Shown: positions 18,877-28,704, numbered from the stretch's first letter. The stretch is DNA of 64,000 nt from an uncultured Chlamydiales bacterium (GCA_963699155.1 OY969414.1:1093327-1157326), one strand, 5' to 3'. Numbers and translations: made by a program. Notes: generated from the letters alone by a model not told the origin.

Positions 18877-20835
18877 TTGCTATCCATTTACATCTACGGT
18901 AGGCAGATGCGTTTTCATGAAGTGATTCCGGAAGCTATTCTTGATCACAGTTGGTCAATTGCTACAGCCATTTCAGATTGCTACTATCATTTGAACCAAG
19001 GCTATCTTTTCTATAAGGATGTCCATGAGACGCTAGAAAAAAATGGGATGACCTATAAACCCGATTATCTGGATCAGCTCTCTATCAGCTATCCGGATAA
19101 CTTAAAAAACAAAGAAGCTTTGAATAATTCACTAAGTAAAGCAACGCAATTGAAAATGAAGAAAAGAAAATGCGGGCTATCGCTAGATGAAACCATTCCA
19201 ATGCCTTTCTCAGACCTTGGTTTGGTCGATTATTATAAAATGGCGTTTCATTTATTTGGTGTTAATATCGCAGCTCCATATAATTTTTACTTTGTGATTT
19301 TATTTGGAACGTTGTTCTTATTTTTGCTTAACTTTTACCGTTCCCCAACTTTTCTTTTGGTGCCAATCATTTATTTGACCGCCTTAATTTGTTTTATGCC
19401 ATTTTTGTCGACAAAGATCATAGGCGGCTCTCTTTTTAATTTTAGAATTCTTCCAATACTCGCTTTCATCCCCATTTCTCATGTATTACTTATGTTGGGA
19501 CGATCTAACCATTCTAAACAAGAAATTGTTTGTTTGAGCTTTCAATCCATTATCATTAGTTTTCTTATCACAGTTCGAAGTTCCATTTTTTGGACCATTG
19601 TTGCCTGCTTTGTAGTCCTATTTGTATCATCCTACAGATTCATTAAATACTGCGGTTTTAAAGAATGGTTCGATCAAAACCGATGCTTCATTTTCGTCTT
19701 CTTTTTCTTTTTGATGGTTAATTTATTTATTTCTTCTTATAAAGTTATTGCATTTTTCGCCGGCTTTGGATTGCCTTCCATTAAACATTATTCATTGACA
19801 CTACACTCTGTTCTCTCTTCTTTTGTTATTTTCACAGTGGGTCTAGCATGCAATTTCTGGATTGTCAAAAAAACAGAAAAAAAGAAAATATCATTTTCAA
19901 ACTTTTTAATCTTGTTATCATTAACACTAATTCTCTTAGCGATTCAACTTCTTTACACCAAAAGTTTATTATTATCCACTGAAGAAAGGCTCTTTTTTTA
20001 TTTTGCAAATTGGTTGCTGACAATTACTGTCCTTTATTTGATCTATCTTATTTTTGTTCAATTAGCAGCACTCTTGAATCTTTCTTTTCGATCAATATAT
20101 GAAAGTATAGTTTCACACAAATTTAGCTCTGCAATGATTCTTCTAATCATATTCCTTGTTTATAAAACTGCTTTTTTAAGCCAGCTTCATCCCATCTATA
20201 AATCCTTGGAAGTGGCACCCCATCACTTAAGGTATCATAATGCCTATATGGCATTGACATATTCACCTATTTTTAGGAGAGAGTTTAACATTAATCTTGA
20301 GGAATTTCAGGGTGATCGGTTCTCATTTGCTAAAGGAGAAGAAGATTTTCTTAAGAAAAACCCATCAGCAACTTCGTTAGACTTTGTATCTCGATTTACT
20401 GGAGCCTATAAAGGTGGTCTTCATGATCAACTTATGCGTTCAGCTTTTTTTAAATTTGTAATGGATCATCCATTAATTTTTTTGGATGCCGAGTGGCATA
20501 AGATAAAATATAATATCACTTTGATCTTTAATTTTCTTAAGGAACATTTTAGAGTTTTGATTTGGCCATTTTGTCTATGTTTCTCTTTTTTTACATTGAT
20601 GCAGCGATTCTTTAATGAATTGGAATTGAAAAGAATATTGATTGTTTTTGTCCTCACGATTTCCTGTTCATTAATTCCATATCTCTATGCCTATCCTGAC
20701 CCTTTTTTTGGTGACCATATTATTATTTTTGTTAGTGGCTTTGTGTTCTTTTTGGCGTCATTCAGTGCCCAATGTCTTAATTTTGCACTAAAAAAAGTGG
20801 TTAGGGATGGTAGAGCGCTATCGAGCCGCATTTAA
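18877..20835 (+). CDS. large polytopic membrane protein, paralog 2 (5' end uncertain)
   Basis: 652 aa from a TTG start. In-frame homology to paralog 1 continues upstream to about 18799, where no ATG, GTG or TTG exists. Confidence 0.65.
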   Translation: MLSIYIYGRQMRFHEVIPEAILDHSWSIATAISDCYYHLNQGYLFYKDVHETLEKNGMTYKPDYLDQLSISYPDNLKNKEALNNSLSKATQLKMKKRKCGLSLDETIPMPFSDLGLVDYYKMAFHLFGVNIAAPYNFYFVILFGTLFLFLLNFYRSPTFLLVPIIYLTALICFMPFLSTKIIGGSLFNFRILPILAFIPISHVLLMLGRSNHSKQEIVCLSFQSIIISFLITVRSSIFWTIVACFVVLFVSSYRFIKYCGFKEWFDQNRCFIFVFFFFLMVNLFISSYKVIAFFAGFGLPSIKHYSLTLHSVLSSFVIFTVGLACNFWIVKKTEKKKISFSNFLILLSLTLILLAIQLLYTKSLLLSTEERLFFYFANWLLTITVLYLIYLIFVQLAALLNLSFRSIYESIVSHKFSSAMILLIIFLVYKTAFLSQLHPIYKSLEVAPHHLRYHNAYMALTYSPIFRREFNINLEEFQGDRFSFAKGEEDFLKKNPSATSLDFVSRFTGAYKGGLHDQLMRSAFFKFVMDHPLIFLDAEWHKIKYNITLIFNFLKEHFRVLIWPFCLCFSFFTLMQRFFNELELKRILIVFVLTISCSLIPYLYAYPDPFFGDHIIIFVSGFVFFLASFSAQCLNFALKKVVRDGRALSSRI

Positions 20836-22762
20836 ATTCACAGGCATCGCCATTCTCATCCCATTTTGGAGAGGATAGAGCGATATACCAGGCAATATGA
20901 TGCTCTCGCATTCGCTGAAAGGCTTCTTCAAGCCTGGTTGCATGGATGATGGATTGTCTTGTTAGCGAGTCTCTTTCGTTGATGATAGATAATCGCTTAG
21001 GCTCTGCACGCAGGCTCTGCACGGTTTGCTGACCTAAATAGCTAGGCATGCCAGAGATACTGATCACTACCACTGCAGAATCTACATTCCAATCATTCGT
21101 ATCATCTTCACTAGTGAGAAAATATTCTCCAGGGAGTGCATGATTTTGCAGATATTGGGCAGTTTGAATAATGGGGGAGTCAAGTGGCAGGCAATACTCA
21201 CTATAGAGAGAATGACCTCTAAAAAATAGCCGGAGGAGATGAATTTTCGGTAGTAATAAAGTGCCACACACACCTAAGAGTGTGCATGAAATCACTGCAG
21301 GTGCCGCATAGGTAGTTAGGCGCTGTAGTTCTAAAATCTTAATAGCGTAGAACAAAGAAAAAATACCCACGACTACAAATAACAACCCAGAGGGTCTATG
21401 TTGCAATTCATCAAATGTTTGATAAACAGCTGGGGCTAATAAGACGATGCCTATATAAACCACAAGTAAAACCAACGGAAAGAAATCACTGAATTCCCAG
21501 CCAAAACGACGCACTTTGGCCCAGAGGAGCAATGGATAAAGAAAGGTCCAAATGCCCAAAATACCACTGAGCAATAAGAGGATGCCTATGGATATGCTGA
21601 GGAAGGGTTGGTTGAGACTCCAAATAGAGGTGTAAAACTGGGTGTAAAAACTATCTCCACGCTCTAGATGCACTAGATGCAAGAAGGGCAGCACAACCGA
21701 TTGATTGGCGACGTATAAGCTGAGAAATAAGAGAAAGAGGGTACTCGCCAAATAGAAGTATTTTTTTCCATGAAATAGGGTAAGCAGCATCATGGAGATG
21801 AGGGTCGGAAAATATAAAACAAAAAAATGGGCTCGGAAAAGGTAAACAGAAGCGCCAAATAGCAGTGCCAGTAGTCCAACGACGGGGGATTTATCACGTA
21901 ACCATTGTAGAAGAAAAAGAGTGGAAGTGAGGCATCCAATCAATCCGTAGGCTGCACAAGGCGCCACTTGCAGCATATAGCGAAATCCTAAAAAGCCATT
22001 ATGCAGCCCCAGCCAGGAGTTATCGGGTAAAACTAAAAGTGAGATCACACATAAAATTCCGACTGTTTTATTCGCCAGATGTTCGCCGAGAAGATAAATT
22101 GTGAGAGCTAGCAATAAAAATCCTATGGGTATCAACAACGCAGTTGCAGCAATAAGACCATTTAAGTGAGCGGCTTGACTGATGATGGCGGGTAGCAGGT
22201 AGCTTGCGCGGTGATAAGCAAATGGGGGAGTGCCTGCGAGAAAGATATCTCCTTGACCCGCCGCTTTCGCATCAAAAAGTTGGGCGATTTGCGAGCCATG
22301 GTAATAGACATCTACCCAGGTAGACAATGTGCCCTCAGACAATAGTGTAGGAAAGCTTCCAGAAATTTTCCAGCACCATAGTAGGGTAAATACGAGCAGG
22401 CAGAAGAGGACCAGCTGATCCATTTTACTGATATCGAATAGATCTTTGATCGAGATCAACTTTTTAAGAATAAGTACAAAAATTACCGCAGAAAAATAGA
22501 TAAATGAGAGTCCAGCAGGAAGACCGAAAAGACTTGATATGAAGTAGGTGATGAGACTGGTAGTCAAGGCTCCGGTTATGAGATAAAGCAGCCATTTGCA
22601 AGGAAAATTCTTGAGGTTAACTTTTATAAAAAGAGCTGCGCCAGTAGCGACAACAACTATGCTGCCCAAAAGGAGTTCTAGAAAGAGGGGGATAGAGAAC
22701 TCCCCTCCACCACGATGGATTAAAAGGCTCAAGAAGGCCGCTATAAAGAGGTATCCCATCAA
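20801..22762 (-). CDS. large polytopic membrane protein in the gtr(type) position (putative GT-C glycosyltransferase)
   Basis: 653 aa with about 14 hydrophobic segments plus a soluble C-terminus of about 130 aa. It is the last gene of the gtrA / gtrB-like string, with a 4-nt overlap with the GT2 gene. Confidence 0.55.
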   Translation of the reverse strand: MMGYLFIAAFLSLLIHRGGGEFSIPLFLELLLGSIVVVATGAALFIKVNLKNFPCKWLLYLITGALTTSLITYFISSLFGLPAGLSFIYFSAVIFVLILKKLISIKDLFDISKMDQLVLFCLLVFTLLWCWKISGSFPTLLSEGTLSTWVDVYYHGSQIAQLFDAKAAGQGDIFLAGTPPFAYHRASYLLPAIISQAAHLNGLIAATALLIPIGFLLLALTIYLLGEHLANKTVGILCVISLLVLPDNSWLGLHNGFLGFRYMLQVAPCAAYGLIGCLTSTLFLLQWLRDKSPVVGLLALLFGASVYLFRAHFFVLYFPTLISMMLLTLFHGKKYFYLASTLFLLFLSLYVANQSVVLPFLHLVHLERGDSFYTQFYTSIWSLNQPFLSISIGILLLLSGILGIWTFLYPLLLWAKVRRFGWEFSDFFPLVLLVVYIGIVLLAPAVYQTFDELQHRPSGLLFVVVGIFSLFYAIKILELQRLTTYAAPAVISCTLLGVCGTLLLPKIHLLRLFFRGHSLYSEYCLPLDSPIIQTAQYLQNHALPGEYFLTSEDDTNDWNVDSAVVVISISGMPSYLGQQTVQSLRAEPKRLSIINERDSLTRQSIIHATRLEEAFQRMREHHIAWYIALSSPKWDENGDACEFKCGSIALYHP

Positions 22763-23688
22763 AAGTTAATCCGCTCTTTTTCGATAACTAGAGGTCTTTT
22801 CATGACTTGGGTATGGATCGCCCCAATGTATTCTCCGAGCAGGCCGATGAAGAAGAGCTGTACAGAAGAGAAGAAGAAGAGGCCAATGAGTATGGGAGCG
22901 ATTCCTAACGAAAAACTTTGCCAGAAGGTCAGTTTTAGGAGTAGATAGAGCATTGCGATCACTAGACTCATCAAAGAGAGTCCGAAGCCTGCCATTGTGG
23001 CCAGTCGGATGGGGACTTTGGAGTGGCTTGTGATGCCCAGCATCGCCATGTCATAGAGGGCATAGAAATTATTTTTGGTGATGCCTCTTTTGCGGGTTGG
23101 CTGCACGAAGGGAATTTGAATCACCTCAAATCCTACCTCTGAAATCAGACCGCGAAAATAGGGATAGGGGTCGTCAAATTCACGCAGGATTTGGATCACC
23201 GATTGATCATATAAGCCAAAACCTGTGAAATTTTTAATCAATTTCACATTAGCAATTTTTGTGACTAAATTATAGTAGGCCTTACGGATAGCAAACATCA
23301 GCGGAGATTCGCGGCTTTCATTTTTCACACCCACGACAATTTTATGGCCCTGCTCCCACTTATGAATAAACTCGGGGATGAGAGAGAGGGGATCCTGAAA
23401 ATCGGAGGCTAAAAAGATGACGGCATCACCTTTGCCTTGCAAAAGTCCATAAAAAGGGGAGCGGATATGGCCAAAGTTTCGGGTATTAAGAATGAGTTTT
23501 ACTCTTTTATCTTTCTGGGCAATCTCTCGAATGATTTCGACAGTTTTATCACTAGATGCATTGTCAATAAAAATATGCTCATAGCTATAGTTTGGAAGCT
23601 CTGAGAATACATTTTTGATCTGTTCGTGAAGTTCGAGAACATTCTCCTCTTCATTGAAACAGGGGGTGACAATGGTGATCGATTTCAT
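22759..23688 (-). CDS. GT2 polyprenyl-phosphate glycosyltransferase (GtrB/ArnC/DPM1-like)
   Basis: 309 aa with ITIVTPCFNEEENV, IDNASSD and two C-terminal TM helices, as in GtrB/ArnC. Confidence 0.85.
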   Translation of the reverse strand: MKSITIVTPCFNEEENVLELHEQIKNVFSELPNYSYEHIFIDNASSDKTVEIIREIAQKDKRVKLILNTRNFGHIRSPFYGLLQGKGDAVIFLASDFQDPLSLIPEFIHKWEQGHKIVVGVKNESRESPLMFAIRKAYYNLVTKIANVKLIKNFTGFGLYDQSVIQILREFDDPYPYFRGLISEVGFEVIQIPFVQPTRKRGITKNNFYALYDMAMLGITSHSKVPIRLATMAGFGLSLMSLVIAMLYLLLKLTFWQSFSLGIAPILIGLFFFSSVQLFFIGLLGEYIGAIHTQVMKRPLVIEKERINF

Positions 23689-24059
23689 AATTTGCTTCCT
23701 TGAAAAACGAATTCTTTATTGAGCAGATAGGAAAGTAGCGCGGCAGCAATGGTTGAAACTGCGCCTGCTAAGTAGATATTTTCTGTGAAGAGTAACAACA
23801 CTTTTAATGTCATGATATTAGTTAGATAGACAACTCCGTAGGTCAAGATAAATTTAAAAAGGAGTTTGTTATTTGTGTTTGCGAAAACAAATTTTCCCGT
23901 AGTTTTGAAATTAAACAGGATTCCGATAATAGTTGCGAGGAGCATCGCTAATGAATAGTGACATTTCAAGAAGATCAGCAATGAAAAAATGGTATATCCA
24001 AAAGCTGTATTCAGGATGCCTACAAGGATGAATTTGACAAAAGTTTTCTGTAAAATCAT
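23685..24059 (-). CDS. GtrA-family small membrane protein (lipid-linked sugar translocation)
   Basis: 124 aa with four TM segments and FVKFILVGILNTAFGY, the typical GtrA N-terminus. Confidence 0.8.
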   Translation of the reverse strand: MILQKTFVKFILVGILNTAFGYTIFSLLIFLKCHYSLAMLLATIIGILFNFKTTGKFVFANTNNKLLFKFILTYGVVYLTNIMTLKVLLLFTENIYLAGAVSTIAAALLSYLLNKEFVFQGSKL

Positions 24060-24961
24060 AGGGCGAGTAGAGCGGAATAATCCATTTTTTCTCTGATATA
24101 GTCTTGATTCCCAAGATCCTGAGTAGGGATTTCGGTGAATCCTATCCGCTCCACGTGCGGAATAGCAGGGATTTGATTGCTATTTTTGAGATCTAACAAA
24201 GCTTCCAGAATAGCTGATCCAAATCCACCAGCGAGCTGATGTTCTTCTACGGTGATTATTTTTTCTGCCGATTGAGCGATAAAGGCTAGTGTGGCTTTGT
24301 CGATGGGTGAAATGATCGGGACACTCCAGAGATCGCAACTAATCTGGGCATTTTTAATTTTTTCTAAGACATAAGTTGTGATGGTGCCTGTAGATAAAAC
24401 AACGGACTTATTGCCTAGATGAATAATGGGAATCATGCCTTGTAGTTCTGTGATCTCGGATGTCGTATGTAAGACCTTTTCTCGAGACCCCCCTAAACGT
24501 AAATAGCTGGGACCATCGTGGCTGATGAGATGCCGCATCGCGAGACGTGTTTCAAAAGGGTCAGCAGGTGAGATCACTTTGAGAGAGGGTAAACAGCGAA
24601 GAATGGAGATATCTTCCACACCAAAATGAGTATACCCCTGCAATCCATAGGTAAAGCCAGTGCCCACGGAGACAATTTTAACGTTTGCCTGGTGATAGCA
24701 GACATCGTTTCGAATCTGTTCTAAACAACGGAGGGTGGGAAAATTGGCGATCGAATAGACAAAAACCATTTTCCCAGAGAGGGCTAAACCTGTAGCGACC
24801 CCCACCATATTTTGTTCTGCCGCGCCAGTATTGATATAGCGCTGAGGAAATTTTTCGATAAATGGTTCAAAAACTGAAAATCCCAAATCACCAGTAAGCA
24901 GGTAGATGTTGGGATTTTTTTCAGCCGCTGAGAGGAGTTCTTCTATAAAAGCTTGTCTCAT
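24056..24961 (-). CDS. transketolase-like enzyme, C-terminal (pyrimidine-binding) subunit
   Basis: I chose the start MRQAFIEELL (ATG 24961-24959). The track TTG at 24982 lies inside an inverted-repeat arm. Similar to the Pyr and C-terminal domains of split transketolases. Confidence 0.85.
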   Translation of the reverse strand: MRQAFIEELLSAAEKNPNIYLLTGDLGFSVFEPFIEKFPQRYINTGAAEQNMVGVATGLALSGKMVFVYSIANFPTLRCLEQIRNDVCYHQANVKIVSVGTGFTYGLQGYTHFGVEDISILRCLPSLKVISPADPFETRLAMRHLISHDGPSYLRLGGSREKVLHTTSEITELQGMIPIIHLGNKSVVLSTGTITTYVLEKIKNAQISCDLWSVPIISPIDKATLAFIAQSAEKIITVEEHQLAGGFGSAILEALLDLKNSNQIPAIPHVERIGFTEIPTQDLGNQDYIREKMDYSALLAL

Positions 24962-24968
24962 GAAGCTA

Positions 24969-25117
24969 ATCTCACTATTCAAAAAAATTGATTTTTGAAG
25001 GATTTTTTCACAGATTTTAGAGTCGCTGCGCAGGACATACTTGAATAAGTAGGCCTGCGCAGCGACTCTAAAAGATGTGGAAAAAGAGTCAAAAAGCTAG
25101 TTTTTGAATAGTGAGAT
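24969..25117. repeat. 149-bp nested palindromic element between the two transketolase subunit genes
   Basis: Perfect 17-bp outer arms (24969-24985 atctcactattcaaaaa and its reverse complement at 25101-25117). Perfect 20-bp inner stem (25015-25034 / 25054-25073) with a 19-nt loop. Confidence 0.85.
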
Positions 25118-25121
25118 AGGT

Positions 25122-25958
25122 TCATAATGAACACTCGATTTCTTTGATTGCAACAGCTAGGGCAGCATCATCGGGTGATCGGTAGTGCCAGAGGAGTTGG
25201 TCCTCCATAAAGCTGACGCCTTTACCCTTGATGGTATGGGCGATAATCACATTGGGTTGTTCTGAATGATGATGGAGTCTCTCGCTTAATGCAGCGTGAT
25301 CATGGCCATCACATTCGTGAACATTCCATCGGAAAGCTTTCCATTTGGCAGCAAAGGGCTCGAGGTCCAAAATATCCTTCACTCTTCCACAGGCTTGAAA
25401 TTTGTTGTAATCGATGATAACAGTGATGTTATTTAATTGATGATGAGCTGCAAAGAGCGCTGCTTCCCAGATGGTGCCTTCATCGCACTCCCCATCACTT
25501 AAAATCACGTAGATGCGATAGCCTTTGCCGTCATGTTTTGCTGCTAAGGCCATCCCGCAAGCAATGGGAAGCCCATGTCCTAAGGATCCAGTGGAAATTT
25601 CAACGCCAGGAACGCCATGGGAAAGATGTCCTTGCAAGAGGGTGCCATTCCTTCCGTAAGTGGCTAAATATTCGGTGGTGAAAAAGCCGATTTCGGCTAA
25701 AGCTGCATAGAGAGCCGCTGCTGCATGGCCTTTGCTCAGAATCAATCGATCGCGCTCGTCCCATCCTAAATTCTGAATGTCATATTTCAAAACAGAGCTA
25801 TAGAGGACCGCTATAATATCTGTGACAGAAAAACAGGATCCGATGTGAGAGGATTTGGCAGCATGTTTCATTCTCAAAACATGACCACGTATGCGTTGTG
25901 CAAGCTCTGTGGAGGATAAGTTATCCATAGGTTTTACACCATGCGATTGTTTCTTCAA
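25122..25958 (-). CDS. transketolase-like enzyme, N-terminal (ThDP-binding) subunit
   Basis: 278 aa with SKGHAAAALYA, GSLGHGLP and SDGECDEGTIWEA (the ThDP/Mg motif region). Confidence 0.88.
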   Translation of the reverse strand: MKKQSHGVKPMDNLSSTELAQRIRGHVLRMKHAAKSSHIGSCFSVTDIIAVLYSSVLKYDIQNLGWDERDRLILSKGHAAAALYAALAEIGFFTTEYLATYGRNGTLLQGHLSHGVPGVEISTGSLGHGLPIACGMALAAKHDGKGYRIYVILSDGECDEGTIWEAALFAAHHQLNNITVIIDYNKFQACGRVKDILDLEPFAAKWKAFRWNVHECDGHDHAALSERLHHHSEQPNVIIAHTIKGKGVSFMEDQLLWHYRSPDDAALAVAIKEIECSL

Positions 25959-26814
25959 TACCTTGCTCTAAACTTACAGAGGGATACCAACCCACCAGTT
26001 TTTTCAGTCGGTTGACATTTGCCTGCAGATGCATGACCTGGTCAGGACGATAGGGAATTGCCCCAAACTCTATGGGCAGAGCGGGATTGATCCTGTCACG
26101 GATGGTTTCCGCAAGATATTTTACTGTACTGACCGTTCCGGAACCTAAATTGAAAGGGCCTGTTGCTGTAAGATCCTTGGCTACTTTAATAATCGCATTC
26201 GCCGCATCTTTTACATAGATATAATCCCAGAGCTGCTCCCCTTTTGTGAGTTGTGGCGTCTGACCCTTGAGCAGTTGCTTGATTAAATAGGGGATAAACC
26301 AGTCAGGATTATCCTTAGGGCCATAAGAGGAAAAGATCCTCAGCCAAGCAAAGCGAATCTTGTGGGTCTGGCAGAGCACTTTAAGCAGATGGTAGGCAGA
26401 TAGTTTGGCAACTCCGTAAAGTGTTGTGGGCAATGTCTCGGCCTCTTCATCGGTGATCGCATTACAAGGGCCATATTCGGCCTGAGAACCTACTCCAATC
26501 CAGGATTGGATCCCTGTCTCTTTCACGATATCGAAGAGAGTTTGAGAGAAGTTAAGATTTTCCGTAATTTGTTTAGCATCATTTCGAAACTTATTTTCGA
26601 CACCATACCATGCTAGATTGATTAAAGTATCGGGAGAAAAAGTCGAAATTTGGGGTAATTCTCGAATAATAGTTACTTTATCAATATCCGATTGAATACG
26701 CCATGTATTGCTCTGGTTGCGCAAAAGAATGGCAACAGGGATTCCCTGCTCCAGCAACCCAGTTAAAACATGAGATCCCACAAAGCCAGAGGCACCGGTT
26801 AGCAAGACGCGCAT
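25921..26814 (-). CDS. NAD-dependent epimerase/dehydratase family (extended SDR) sugar-nucleotide enzyme
   Basis: 297 aa with VLLTGASGFVGSHV (Rossmann fold) and YGVAK (YxxxK). Confidence 0.85.
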   Translation of the reverse strand: MRVLLTGASGFVGSHVLTGLLEQGIPVAILLRNQSNTWRIQSDIDKVTIIRELPQISTFSPDTLINLAWYGVENKFRNDAKQITENLNFSQTLFDIVKETGIQSWIGVGSQAEYGPCNAITDEEAETLPTTLYGVAKLSAYHLLKVLCQTHKIRFAWLRIFSSYGPKDNPDWFIPYLIKQLLKGQTPQLTKGEQLWDYIYVKDAANAIIKVAKDLTATGPFNLGSGTVSTVKYLAETIRDRINPALPIEFGAIPYRPDQVMHLQANVNRLKKLVGWYPSVSLEQGIEETIAWCKTYG

Positions 26815-27797
26815 GCTGACAATTCCTCTAAAGGGAGTAATATTCTTGACAAGGCGGGGATTTTATCCCTTTTATCATATTGAAAGCGATGTCGATGAAC
26901 CGTTTTTGCTAAGATGATTCTTAAATAATAGAGCCAATAAAGTAATTCAAAATCAGAGGGGAGTTGGGTTAAAGATTGATATCCCTCAAGCAGAGCATGG
27001 CGCTTCTCATGGTTTCCAATAAAGGTTCCCCACATCGCAATATCAAATAGGGGATCTCCATTTAAGGAATCGCCCCAATCAATGAGAATGATTTCATCAC
27101 TCTCTTCTTGGACGAAAATATTTGAGTTCCCTAAGTCGCCATGTAAAAGTTGAGGCGCAGCTGCGCTAAACGTGCTCTCGTGCATGGAAAATAGATTTTC
27201 AATTTGCTGAGCATGGGCTGGTTGAATGATATGGTTATCACAGCAATACCTGATATGCTGATCGAGACATGAGTATAAATGATCCCCCCAAGTTTTTTTC
27301 AGGCCAGAAATTCCAAATCCTTCCATTTTGATCTGATGAACTTGAGCTAACCGTTTTCCCAGCAGGTGGAGCTGTTTTTTGGCGTCCGAAAGGGGATGGC
27401 CCTCTATTTTTTCCATGATCATATAGTCGAAAGGATAGCGCTCACGTGAACAATCGATGTGTGAAATAGAGAGAGTGGGAATATGTGATTTTCGCAATAG
27501 ATCATTAATCTCTCTTTCGCCGGAAAAGCAGGGCTCTGGAAGAAGGCTTGTTTTGATGATGAAGCTTTGATTTCCATCTGTGGTTGCTTCAAATAGGAGA
27601 CAGAATGTGCCCCCTTCTAAAATAGGTCTGAGGTCTATTATGGGGCCGATTTCTGAAGCAGCGATCCTGCTTATGTCAGACAATCTTTTATTCATTTCAG
27701 ACTGTTTCGAATTCAAGAGATGGACTATTTCATCGTTCGAAAGAGCGATGTCAGATTTAATCCAAAACTGAGTCGAGTTAAAGGGTTGCATAGTCAA
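26799..27797 (-). CDS. APH/choline-kinase-like phosphotransferase
   Basis: 332 aa with the catalytic loop LLHGDLGNSNIF and IDWGDS (DxG-type) motifs. Confidence 0.7.
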   Translation of the reverse strand: MTMQPFNSTQFWIKSDIALSNDEIVHLLNSKQSEMNKRLSDISRIAASEIGPIIDLRPILEGGTFCLLFEATTDGNQSFIIKTSLLPEPCFSGEREINDLLRKSHIPTLSISHIDCSRERYPFDYMIMEKIEGHPLSDAKKQLHLLGKRLAQVHQIKMEGFGISGLKKTWGDHLYSCLDQHIRYCCDNHIIQPAHAQQIENLFSMHESTFSAAAPQLLHGDLGNSNIFVQEESDEIILIDWGDSLNGDPLFDIAMWGTFIGNHEKRHALLEGYQSLTQLPSDFELLYWLYYLRIILAKTVHRHRFQYDKRDKIPALSRILLPLEELSACASC

Positions 27798-28704
27798 ATT
27801 TTTCGAGCATCAAATGAGAACTCAGCTTGATTTGATTCATCTCCTCCTTTGATAGCCGGCTCATCGTTGCCAGATTTTCTTCAGTTGTTGCCTTGTTCAC
27901 GGTGCCCCAGGGGTAGATGCCACCGCTGATGTCTTTACCATTCCAGGAGGGATAAAGGATTTTGTCGCTAAATTGAATTCCTACGCGCTGACATATGTGT
28001 GAGAGCGTTTTTTTAGGATCAGCCACTAAATCTTCGTAGCGCATGATCGTGATATTCTTAGGAAATTGTTGTTGATGCATCAACACGATATGATGGTAGA
28101 TATTCCAAGAAAAAACATACTGCTTTAGGGGAAGTGGGAAAGGCCTTTTTTTTGTGTCTGCATAGGCTGAGTAGGGATTTCTCACCACATGAACGATATG
28201 AGCATCAGGGAAATCGGTTAATATTTTGTTGGAATCGATACCGATAATCGGAGAATAGCCCACATAAATCCTGTTTTTCCCTGAGAGCTGATAGTTTTCC
28301 CAAGCATCAAAGGTAGAACGGAAGAAGGCTTCTACAAAATTGGCTCGCGTATAGGGTTTTCCTTCCAAGTTTTGTGCAAAATGTCGAATCCTGTTCTCCT
28401 CTTTCATTTTTAAATCGGCATCTTTGAATTTGCTGCCGTTGGGTTTGCGTAAATAAGTTTTAAGCTCTTCGTCATAAAACAGTTCATAAATCTCCTGGGG
28501 AGAGAGTGCTGCAGGAAACTCAGGATAGCGGTACTGAGATCTTTCTAAGGAGGAGAGATAATCGTTGGCATACCGATTACCAATTTGAGATTCAAAAGGA
28601 TAAACATATAATTCTGGATGGCCATCAAGAAAACGATGGGTCACATTACCGCCATGCTCAAACCCCGCAGAAATCATCAGAAGATTAAATTTGTTTTTAT
28701 CCAT
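27778..28704 (-). CDS. sulfotransferase family protein
   Basis: 308 aa. N-terminal G..HGGNVTHRFLDGHPEL matches the 5'-PSB loop position. HIVHVVRNPYSAYAD matches the 3'-PB block. Confidence 0.6.
   Translation of the reverse strand: MDKNKFNLLMISAGFEHGGNVTHRFLDGHPELYVYPFESQIGNRYANDYLSSLERSQYRYPEFPAALSPQEIYELFYDEELKTYLRKPNGSKFKDADLKMKEENRIRHFAQNLEGKPYTRANFVEAFFRSTFDAWENYQLSGKNRIYVGYSPIIGIDSNKILTDFPDAHIVHVVRNPYSAYADTKKRPFPLPLKQYVFSWNIYHHIVLMHQQQFPKNITIMRYEDLVADPKKTLSHICQRVGIQFSDKILYPSWNGKDISGGIYPWGTVNKATTEENLATMSRLSKEEMNQIKLSSHLMLEKFDYATL

Noticed and set aside
24056..25958. Two adjacent transketolase-like ORFs that might be one frameshifted transketolase pseudogene.
   Set aside because: Split N- and C-terminal transketolase subunits are a well-known natural arrangement in sugar and antibiotic clusters. 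Each ORF here has its own start, and the break falls at the domain boundary. A separate full-length tkt exists at 47104-49137.
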